From a bacterium (GTDB lineage: Bacteria > Patescibacteriota > Patescibacteriia > JAHIZJ01), in NCBI GenBank assembly GCA_030699685.1, contig JAUYLJ010000027.1, positions 12,601 to 76,600 on the forward strand: a stretch of 64,000 nucleotides of DNA. The letters are read 5' to 3'. Position numbers and translations under genes: made by a program. Below the pieces are notes generated by a model that did not search any database, was not told where the DNA came from, and was given only the letters and a program-made list of their open reading frames with translations. Below, piece after piece: positions 56,249 through 64,000 of the stretch (positions are counted from its first letter, which is position 1; each line of letters starts with the position of its first letter).

Positions 56249-56879
56249 GCGTGTGAGTAGAGGAAATAAATGTTTTGCCGGAGAGTTGGCCAATTTCCCG
56301 CATAATCCCGTCCGTGACTTGGCGCAGAAGAGTGTCGTCAATTGCGCGCCCGTAGGCATCAGGAAATTGCATTGGGCGGCCGAAAGTAATTCGCACCTGG
56401 CCTTGATTCAAGAATAGCAGCTTCAAGGACTCATGGAAAGTGCCGCTTGACGGGCCGCGAACGCCAACTGGAATGACCGGGCATCGACTTTGAAGCGCGA
56501 TCCGAGCAGCGCCGGTTTTACCAGGCAGTAATTTCGAGGAAGTGTTCCGCCTGCCCTCCGGGAATATACAGACCGATTCACCCGCTTTTAATTTTTTCAC
56601 CGCTATATCAATCACTTGAGATTTCGCGTCGCGGTTTATGGCAATAGTCGTCCCTCCCACCAGCCAGTAATACGCCTTGCGTACGGAAATAAACCAGATT
56701 TTTCTCCTGGCCCGATCAGTCGCCGGCAGCAGCATATATATGCCATCCAGAAAATCAATGTGGTTGGCGGCAAAAACACAGGCTTGGTCGCGAGGCACGT
56801 GATGCAAGCCGTCGATTGTCGCCGTGTGATTTTTTACTGCCCGTCCCGCTAAAAAACGGACTATCGGATAGAGCTTCAT
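56229..56879 (-). CDS. lysophospholipid acyltransferase (PlsC family)
   Basis: NHIDFLD, FPEGRR, GAARIA. Confidence 0.9.
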   Translation of the reverse strand: MKLYPIVRFLAGRAVKNHTATIDGLHHVPRDQACVFAANHIDFLDGIYMLLPATDRARRKIWFISVRKAYYWLVGGTTIAINRDAKSQVIDIAVKKLKAGESVCIFPEGRRNTSSKLLPGKTGAARIALQSRCPVIPVGVRGPSSGTFHESLKLLFLNQGQVRITFGRPMQFPDAYGRAIDDTLLRQVTDGIMREIGQLSGKTFISSTHTHANSME

Positions 56880-57517
56880 TCCGCGTAAGGATAGCTCTTA
56901 TGGCAAAGCCTGCCTACGGCAATCATCACTTCCTTCGTCATCTGTTCAAGTTCGTTTTTCGTCACCCCTTCAAGCGACCGCTTCGGATAGTGAATAGGCT
57001 CACCAAAACGCACGCCCAACATAGTGTCAGTAAGAAAAAACGTACGCAAAGCCTGACCGGTAGTGATAGTTGGGGGTGAAATAATCCCCGTCGGCACTAT
57101 CGGCGCTCCAGTAAGACAGGCGAGGCGAACGGCCCCGGTCTTGGCGGGCCGCAGTTTTTGGCTGTCGAAATTTCTATGCCCCTCGGGAAATATGCCGACA
57201 CAGTTACCCTGGTTAATTTTTTCAGCCGAAATCTCCAGCACCTTCGCCTTGTTCCCATCGTGCGGAACAGGAATCATGCCGAGCCAGCGGATGCCGATAA
57301 GGGGGCCGAAGAACCTGGTAATTTTGGCGTGAGTCAACCAATACGATTTCTGACCGAAGCGTGTCGCCAGACTAGCACCGATCATTGGCGCGTCAAGATA
57401 GCTGTTATGATTGGCAACGATAATGAAAGGCGGTCGCGGCAACTGCTCAATACCCTCGACGCGGATACGCCGGAGCAAGAGCGGGAATAGAGTTCGACGA
57501 AGCACTGGATAAGCCAT
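56876..57517 (-). CDS. lysophospholipid acyltransferase (PlsC family)
   Basis: NHNSYLD, FPEGHR, GAVRLA. Confidence 0.9.
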   Translation of the reverse strand: MAYPVLRRTLFPLLLRRIRVEGIEQLPRPPFIIVANHNSYLDAPMIGASLATRFGQKSYWLTHAKITRFFGPLIGIRWLGMIPVPHDGNKAKVLEISAEKINQGNCVGIFPEGHRNFDSQKLRPAKTGAVRLACLTGAPIVPTGIISPPTITTGQALRTFFLTDTMLGVRFGEPIHYPKRSLEGVTKNELEQMTKEVMIAVGRLCHKSYPYAE

Positions 57518-57549
57518 AGCTTCCGGTGGACGGTAGCGACCGTCTGATG

Positions 57550-59544
57550 TTAAGCAATAAGTGACACAATAAGGAGAGCAACAATATTGAGGATTTTTAT
57601 CATCGGATTGATTGCCGGCCCGGCTGTATCTTTATAGGGGTCGCCAACCGTGTCGCCAGTGACAGCCGCCTGATGAGCCAGGGAGCCTTTGCCGCCATGA
57701 TGGCCTTCCTCAATATATTTTTTCGCGTTATCCCAAGCGGCCCCGCCCGTCGTCATGGAGATGGCAACGAAAATACCAGTAACGATACTACCGACCAGCA
57801 CGCCACCGAGCGCCACCGGCCCCAGCAAAAATCCAACCAGGATAGGCACGATAACCGGAATGAGAGCCGGCACGATCATTTCCTTAATAGCTGACTTGGT
57901 AACGATATCAACCGCTCGCGAGTAGTCTGCCTCTGCTTTTCCTTCCATCAAGCCTGTTATTTCTTTAAACTGGCGACGCACTTCGGTTACCACCGCGCTG
58001 GCCGCCCGTCCCACCGCTTCCATCGACAGCGCGCCGAAGAAGTAGGGCAACAAGCCACCAATGAAGAGACCGACCAAAACGTTCGGATCCGAGAGCAGGA
58101 ATTCATAGCTTGTTTCGGCCGTATCCAGCTCCTGGATATATGAAGCAAAAAGCACCAAGGCGGCCAAACCAGCCGAACCGATCGCGTAGCCTTTGGTCAC
58201 GGCTTTGGTGGTATTTCCAACAGCGTCCAATTCGTCTGTCACTTCGCGGACTTCCGGTGGCAGTTCTGCCATCTCGGCAATACCGCCGGCATTATCCGTG
58301 ATCGGACCATAGGCGTCGATTGCTACCACAATCCCTGTGAGGGAAAGCATGGAGACCACCGCCAACGCCACGCCATAAATACCGGCCAATGAATATGAAA
58401 CAAGAATTCCGGCCACAATGACCAATACCGGCCAAGCGGTTGATTTCATGGAAACTGCCAAACCGCTGATAATGTTCGTGCCGTGTCCGGTTTCCGACGC
58501 TTTGGCAATCTGGCGGACCGGCGGATATTTGCTGGAAGTGTAGTACTCGGTAATCATCACGATCGCCGCGGTCACGACAATTCCGATCAGCGTCGAGAAA
58601 TAAATTTCCCAAACGGAATACTCTCCCAGATCGCTCATCAGCCAGGAAGTAACGGGGTAGAAAGCGGCGGCTGCCAAAATAGCGCTGGCCGCCAGCCCTT
58701 TGTACATCGCCGTCATTATGCCTTTGCCTTTGCCCAATCTTACGAAAAATGTTCCGATGATCGAGGCAATGATAGAAACAGCGCCCAATGCCAACGGGTA
58801 GACCAGCGTGTTTTCGAAATTAGGAAACAAAAGCGATCCCAGCAGCATCGTCGCCACCACCGTCACGGCGTAGGTCTCATACAAATCAGCGGCCATGCCG
58901 GCGCAATCGCCGACATTATCGCCGACATTGTCCGCAATCACGGCGGGATTTCGCGGATCGTCTTCCGGAATTCCCGCTTCAACTTTACCAACCAGGTCAG
59001 CTCCAACGTCTGCGGCTTTGGTATAGATACCTCCGCCCAGGCGGGCAAAGACGGAAATCAGACTGCCGCCAAAACCCAAACCTACCAACGCGTTGATATC
59101 TTTGGTCAGGGCATAGAATCCAGCCACACCCAAGAGGGCTAGTCCAACTACCAGCATACCAGTGACTGATCCGCCATTGAAAGCGACCTTGAGAGCCGCC
59201 CCCATTCCCACTTTAGCTTGTTCGGCCGTGCGGATATTAGCGCGCACTGAAACATTCATACCAATATATCCAGCAACCGCCGATAATACGGCGCCGACCA
59301 CAAATCCGGCCGCTGTTTTAACATCGATAAAGACCCAAAGCAAAATAAACACGACCACGGCAATGGCCGCGACCGCTTTCGTTTGTCTATTAAGATACGC
59401 TTTAGCGCCGCTTTGGATGGCTGCCGCGATTTTTTGCATGCGTTCGTTACCTGTTGGTACGCGCAGGATTTGTCGAATTAACAACAACCCGTACAGTATC
59501 GCCGCGGCGCTGGCGGCCAATGCAAACCATAGTACACTGCTCAT
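57550..59544 (-). CDS. hppA: membrane pyrophosphatase, K+-independent H+-pumping type
   Basis: [25 protein letters not shown] (Lys marks the K+-independent type). Confidence 0.95.
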   Translation of the reverse strand: MSSVLWFALAASAAAILYGLLLIRQILRVPTGNERMQKIAAAIQSGAKAYLNRQTKAVAAIAVVVFILLWVFIDVKTAAGFVVGAVLSAVAGYIGMNVSVRANIRTAEQAKVGMGAALKVAFNGGSVTGMLVVGLALLGVAGFYALTKDINALVGLGFGGSLISVFARLGGGIYTKAADVGADLVGKVEAGIPEDDPRNPAVIADNVGDNVGDCAGMAADLYETYAVTVVATMLLGSLLFPNFENTLVYPLALGAVSIIASIIGTFFVRLGKGKGIMTAMYKGLAASAILAAAAFYPVTSWLMSDLGEYSVWEIYFSTLIGIVVTAAIVMITEYYTSSKYPPVRQIAKASETGHGTNIISGLAVSMKSTAWPVLVIVAGILVSYSLAGIYGVALAVVSMLSLTGIVVAIDAYGPITDNAGGIAEMAELPPEVREVTDELDAVGNTTKAVTKGYAIGSAGLAALVLFASYIQELDTAETSYEFLLSDPNVLVGLFIGGLLPYFFGALSMEAVGRAASAVVTEVRRQFKEITGLMEGKAEADYSRAVDIVTKSAIKEMIVPALIPVIVPILVGFLLGPVALGGVLVGSIVTGIFVAISMTTGGAAWDNAKKYIEEGHHGGKGSLAHQAAVTGDTVGDPYKDTAGPAINPMIKILNIVALLIVSLIA

Positions 59545-59562
59545 GGAAACGTGGTTTAATTC

Positions 59563-60957
59563 TTAACTCGCGTCCGGCTTCTTTTCGGCCGCGTCTTCTA
59601 TCTTGGGTTCCTCCTGGTCCGAATCGTTTTCTTTCGGTTGCGAATCTTCTTTTACTTCAATCTCAGCTTTCTGTTCTTTTTTGCCGTCTGAATCAACATC
59701 GACGCCTGTCTGCTCTTCTTCCTTAGCCTCGGCTTTTTCGTCTTTTGCCTTTTGCGGTTTCCTTCTAGCAGGTTCGGGCTCGCCCTCCTTCACGACGTCA
59801 ATTCTCCAGCCCGTCAGCTTGGCGGCCAGGCGCACGTTTTGACCGCCCCGGCCGATCGCTAGCGACAGCTGATCTTCTTTCACTTCAGCCAGTGCCGCTT
59901 TTTCCTCTTCTTTAATCATGACGCTTAATACCTTCGCTGGAGCCAGCGCGTTGATGATAAATTTCACCGGATCGTCTTCATGCTCCACGATATCAATCTT
60001 CTCGCCGCCAAGTTCGGAAATGACGGTCTGGACTCGCGTGCCTCTCTGCCCGACGCAGGAGCCAACCGGGTCGATATTGGGTTCGCTCGACGCCACGGCG
60101 ATCTTGGCCCGAGAACCGGCCTCTCGGGCAACTGCCTTAATCTCGACAGCACCCGAGGCAATCTCGGGAACCTCAAATTCAAATAATTTCTTGACTACCT
60201 CAGGATGCGAGCGGGACACAACAATCTCCGGACCTTTGGAGGCTTGATTGATGGTCACCAAGAAAAACTTCAACCGCAGGCCGATGTGATAGTTCTCAGA
60301 GTCAACTTGCTCCGAAGGCGGCATGATGGCCGTGGCGTCACCCAAATCCACGAAAATAAGACGTCCTTCAATCCGCTGGATCGTGCCGTTGATGATCTGT
60401 CCTTCCTTCTCTTTATAGCGTTCGAAAATAGTTTCGCGCTCAGCTTCGCGCAAACGTTGAATGATAACCTGCTTGGCCGTTTGCGCAGCCATCCGGCCAT
60501 AGGCTGCCGGCGGAAAAAGTTCCGCGCGGATTTCATCGCCGAATTTCGCTTCCTTGTTTTTTTCCTGGGCGGCTTTGAGTGTGATCATCGAACGCGGATC
60601 GTAGATCAGCACATCTTCTTCCTCGTCAGTTTCCGCGTCAGCTTTTTTATCCTCAATCTTCTCGGCCGCTTTCTTTCCCTCAGTGTGTTCGCTTTCACGG
60701 GCTTCACGACGAGCCTGGCGCTCCTCTTCTTGCCGCTCTATTTCTTCATCGGAAATATCCACGACAGTCTTCACGTCAAAAACGCGGCTGATGGCCGTCT
60801 CCGGATCGAATTCCACCACGATATTCTGATCCTTTTCACCAAAATCCTTGCGGTACGCAACCGCCAAAGCCGCTTCGATTGTCTTGATAACCGACTCTTT
60901 CGGGATATTTTTTTCCTCGCAAATTTGGTCAATTGCCTGGGATATTGGTGAGCTCAT
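59563..60957 (-). CDS. nusA: transcription termination/antitermination factor NusA
   Basis: GRMAAQTAKQVI, AREAGSRAKIAV, AIGRGGQNVRLA. Confidence 0.97.
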   Translation of the reverse strand: MSSPISQAIDQICEEKNIPKESVIKTIEAALAVAYRKDFGEKDQNIVVEFDPETAISRVFDVKTVVDISDEEIERQEEERQARREARESEHTEGKKAAEKIEDKKADAETDEEEDVLIYDPRSMITLKAAQEKNKEAKFGDEIRAELFPPAAYGRMAAQTAKQVIIQRLREAERETIFERYKEKEGQIINGTIQRIEGRLIFVDLGDATAIMPPSEQVDSENYHIGLRLKFFLVTINQASKGPEIVVSRSHPEVVKKLFEFEVPEIASGAVEIKAVAREAGSRAKIAVASSEPNIDPVGSCVGQRGTRVQTVISELGGEKIDIVEHEDDPVKFIINALAPAKVLSVMIKEEEKAALAEVKEDQLSLAIGRGGQNVRLAAKLTGWRIDVVKEGEPEPARRKPQKAKDEKAEAKEEEQTGVDVDSDGKKEQKAEIEVKEDSQPKENDSDQEEPKIEDAAEKKPDAS

Positions 60958-61025
60958 GGATGGGTGATTGGAAAATAAGTTAATTGGCTACTGGCGCGGC
61001 GATTTGATGTCGTCGTTTGGGTAAC

Positions 61026-61051
61026 AAAAAAACTAGTCTACTCAACTAGTT
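61026..61051 (-). promoter_or_regulatory. weak terminator hairpin in the nusA leader (possible autoregulation)
   Basis: AACTAGT-TGAGTAG-ACTAGTT-TTTTT just after TATACT. Confidence 0.5.
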
Positions 61052-61348
61052 ACATGACTAGTATATACCAAGGAAGCTATTTTTTGCAAGACCTGGCCAC
61101 TGATACCATTTGGTCAAAGCTTTCGATTTGACTGGATACTGCCTACCCTGAATCGACTTTCAAACTACGCCCGATCACACTGGGTGAGCGAAGAAATCAA
61201 TCCTGAATTGCGAGAGTTGTTTGCGCCCTTTATCGCTCGATACAATGTTCAAACTCAAACGTAAAATTCCAGCAATGCCGGACCTGGCAATTCTTTATAC
61301 TCAAAAAGCTGGCGGGTTGCTACCGCCAGCTATTGTCTGAGAATGATA

Positions 61349-62509
61349 TTACTTTAAATCAGGCGGAGGCGGCGGGAAGAGCTCATCGGGCTGTCGAGTC
61401 GATGAAGAACCGGATTTGTCATTATCTTCTGACTTATCTCCTCGTGAACGGCGGACAAGATTGTCGATAATGACGATCAGCACTACCGCTAACACCATCA
61501 AACCGACAACCAGGGGCCAGTTGCCCGACTCGTCATCGTCGGTTGAAGCCGCGGCTTCATCAGCGCCCTCATTCGTATTCTCATCAGTTGATTCGCTGTC
61601 GCCATCTTCATTATTCTCTTCAGTCCCGTCGTCGTTATTTTCATTCATGGACTCGTCTGAAGTATCTCCTTCGATGGACTGGCCATTAGAATCGTCAACA
61701 GTTTCGTCAAGCTCTTCCGTTGTTACATCGTCCGTCTCATCATTGGTGGCAGTTTCCTCACCCTTCACTACGGGCTCGGTTGGATCAGGCTCAACATCGG
61801 GAACAGCGAACTCAACTATGCCGGACATGACGCTTTGTTTGCCATCAGGATCGATCGCCACAGCGCCATAGGTATGACGTCCCGGAGTCAAGTCATAGAG
61901 TGTGCGGTAGGCGAAATTGGCCACACCCGACTCGTGGTTTTTGACTGTGAACTGCCCGTTAAATCTGCTATCGATAAAAATTTGCACCAACGAATCATTG
62001 ACTGCCACACCAACCAGCCAAGGACGCTGCTTCGTAGTCGTTGGATTCACTACGGTATCAAATACCACTGGCGCCGGCATTGGCTGTTCCACGCTAAAGC
62101 GCAATACATCAGACCGGCTACTATCTTTTCCGTTGGGATTTTCCGCGATGGTGTACGCGGTGTGTGACCCCGGTTTCAGATGCAAGAACGGTTCGTAAGC
62201 AAAATTCCCGACACCAGACTCGTCATTTGTCACCATCAGCTGTCCGTTGAAGGTTCCATCAATAAACACTTTGACCAAAGAGCCGTTGAGAGCCAGGCCG
62301 GTAATCACCGGCTTGCTTACCGCTACCGAAGTTCCGTCAGCTGGAGCCAGCATCGTGGGCGCTGGATAAACAGGCTCTTCGTCCCCTTCAACCGCCACCG
62401 TCAATACCGGCGTCATCGCCAGACTGACCGCTACAAAAAAAACCAAGGCTCTGGCGATACTTGGTCGATAATCCCTCCGAAACGCTTCGAGAAAATTTAC
62501 TCGAATCAT
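61349..62509 (-). CDS. surface protein with two Ig-like repeats, acidic linker and C-terminal TM
   Basis: Signal peptide; duplicated SLV..FID..FNGQ..V.N.ESGV.NFAY. Confidence 0.8.
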   Translation of the reverse strand: MIRVNFLEAFRRDYRPSIARALVFFVAVSLAMTPVLTVAVEGDEEPVYPAPTMLAPADGTSVAVSKPVITGLALNGSLVKVFIDGTFNGQLMVTNDESGVGNFAYEPFLHLKPGSHTAYTIAENPNGKDSSRSDVLRFSVEQPMPAPVVFDTVVNPTTTKQRPWLVGVAVNDSLVQIFIDSRFNGQFTVKNHESGVANFAYRTLYDLTPGRHTYGAVAIDPDGKQSVMSGIVEFAVPDVEPDPTEPVVKGEETATNDETDDVTTEELDETVDDSNGQSIEGDTSDESMNENNDDGTEENNEDGDSESTDENTNEGADEAAASTDDDESGNWPLVVGLMVLAVVLIVIIDNLVRRSRGDKSEDNDKSGSSSTRQPDELFPPPPPDLK

Positions 62510-62562
62510 GTGTCCTGTTTCTGTTAATAATATCCGCTTTCACCCCTCCACAATGCGTTGGT

Positions 62563-62976
62563 TTACCATCTTACAGGGTAGGTCGTTTGACCGTCAAGCG
62601 ATGATTCGGGCATGGTAATGGCCACGTTCGGTAACCAGTCTAAGCTGCCGAAGCATGCCTGTGGATGAAATGCCAGTCCAATAATATCTACCTGCCAGTG
62701 CGTAAATTTAGGATGTTTTCGGATCCATTCTTGGCCGAATGATGCTAACCTTAGCAGTTTTCTATGATAGATAGCCTCCAAAGGCGGCCCGTATTTTTTT
62801 GAAGAACGCGTTTTCACTTCTACGATAATCACAGTTTTTCCACTGCCACAAAGCAAGTCAGCCTCATTTCTTCCACAGCGAATATTTCGGCCAATAATCG
62901 TGTATCCCGCTGCGCGATACCAGACTTCAGCCAGCCTTTCACCGTGATTTCCTAATGCTTTTTTGGACGCAAACAT
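62563..62976 (-). CDS. YraN-family protein
   Basis: LG..GE..A, GY.I..RN, EAD, VEVKTR. Confidence 0.88.
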   Translation of the reverse strand: MFASKKALGNHGERLAEVWYRAAGYTIIGRNIRCGRNEADLLCGSGKTVIIVEVKTRSSKKYGPPLEAIYHRKLLRLASFGQEWIRKHPKFTHWQVDIIGLAFHPQACFGSLDWLPNVAITMPESSLDGQTTYPVRW

Positions 62977-63021
62977 GGCGCAGTGCTTCTTTCCCCTGCC
63001 GCCTTTGTTATCTACTAAATT

Positions 63022-63591
63022 TTACCCTCCCGTAGACGGATTGACAAACACGAAGCCATAGTGAAACGGACCAGCCTCAAACGCTTCCAGTTGTTCAAAT
63101 CCGAGATCCTTGGCCATTGCCTGAATTCGCTCTGGAGGGATACGATCTTTTTCGAGCGGGCCGAAAGGCGCCCCATGCGGCTTCCAGTCCACGACCAGCA
63201 GCATGGCTTCGCGCTTCATCATCCGCTTTGTTTCTTGAAAAATTTCTTTTTGCTTTTTTGACTGGAACAACATGTTTATCAGCAGCGCGCGATCAAGCGA
63301 GGCGGTGGCGATTTTCGTGGCCTGATATATTTCTAAATTCGACCAGACAGTCCGCACATTATTAATGCCTTGCATCCTGGCTTTGCTGATGACGCTGGCC
63401 AGAACCGACTTCAAAATATCAACCGCGTACACTACTCCCTTGTCGCCAACTTTCTTAGCTGATTGTAAAGTGAAGATGCCGCTGCCGCCGCAACCTAAAT
63501 CAGCCACTGTCATGCCAAATGAGACGTTGGCTTTCTGAATAAGTTTTTGGGCGTCAAGGAGTTCGTTTCCTCCGGGAATACGGTCCACCAT
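63022..63591 (-). CDS. class I SAM-dependent methyltransferase
   Basis: VADLGCGG, VYAVDI, VDW..PFGP. Confidence 0.88.
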   Translation of the reverse strand: MVDRIPGGNELLDAQKLIQKANVSFGMTVADLGCGGSGIFTLQSAKKVGDKGVVYAVDILKSVLASVISKARMQGINNVRTVWSNLEIYQATKIATASLDRALLINMLFQSKKQKEIFQETKRMMKREAMLLVVDWKPHGAPFGPLEKDRIPPERIQAMAKDLGFEQLEAFEAGPFHYGFVFVNPSTGG

Positions 63592-63611
63592 GGTAGCTAC
63601 ATTATACCATG

Positions 63612-63998
63612 TTATTGCCGCCCTGACAACGTTGACGACAAAGCGAGTCGTATGGGCTGGAAACTTTTTCGATGGATCTCGCAGACGCCAAATTTCTTTA
63701 TCGCTCGCGAATGAAATTCCGTGCCATAGCCTTTATGCCGTGCGAATCCGTAATCGGGAAAGGTCTGCCCCGCTTGCGACAACAAGTAATCCCGAGTCAC
63801 TTTTGCCATCACCGACGCGGCGGCAATCGACCGCACTTTCGCGTCACCGTCAATAATGGAAATTGTTGGCAAAACATGCCCCAGCTTAAGAGCGTCAATG
63901 AGCAACGCCTCCGGCCGAATTGCCAAACGACCCACCGCCCTGTTCATCGCCAGCGTATTGGCGTACTGGATGCCGAAGGCGTCGATGGTCTCCACGTC
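63612..63998 (-). CDS. rnhB: ribonuclease HII, 3' part (gene begins beyond the window)
   Basis: GDAK..SIAAASV.AKVTRD, HKGYGT, IHRKSF. Confidence 0.95.
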   Translation of the reverse strand, partial: DVETIDAFGIQYANTLAMNRAVGRLAIRPEALLIDALKLGHVLPTISIIDGDAKVRSIAAASVMAKVTRDYLLSQAGQTFPDYGFARHKGYGTEFHSRAIKKFGVCEIHRKSFQPIRLALSSTLSGRQ

Positions 63999-64000
63999 AA

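Noticed and set aside
1-64000. TGA recoding (genetic code 25)
   Set aside because: Conserved genes end at TGA (for example btuR, ATL, rluA) and long ORFs are uninterrupted under code 11

Overview
64 kb of a small-genome bacterium, most consistent with Patescibacteria/CPR (inference from gene content). TGA is used as stop, so the standard bacterial code applies. Core genes: rplS, rpsA, ftsH, tig, nusA, rnhB, CCA-adding enzyme, folC, class II ribonucleotide reductase with btuR, 2-oxoacid:ferredoxin oxidoreductase, H+-PPase, a partial riboflavin operon, pilins and nine tRNA genes, including a rare tRNA-Ile(UAU). The most unusual signals are non-coding or very small. (1) A SAM-I-like riboswitch with a 46-nt two-hairpin insertion and a terminator sits upstream of an orphan 64-aa, 7-Cys ORF (52.6-53.1 kb). 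(2) A tRNA-Leu(UAA)/GIY-YIG unit is nested inside a second tRNA-Leu that is split at its anticodon by TA-flanked palindromes (43.7-44.3 kb); anticodon-broken fragments also lie next to other tRNAs. (3) A stand-alone promoter-ORF-terminator unit encodes a 15-aa metallothionein-like peptide (6.6-6.8 kb). (4) A probable B12-scavenging set (DUF4430 x2, ECF-like transporter, BtuR, NrdJ with a structured leader). (5) An island of SD-led orphan genes with paralogous Zn-finger proteins and a structured, repeat-bearing transcript (38.8-43.0 kb). No CRISPR array, rRNA, integrase or transposase was seen. All calls are by eye; no database searches were run.
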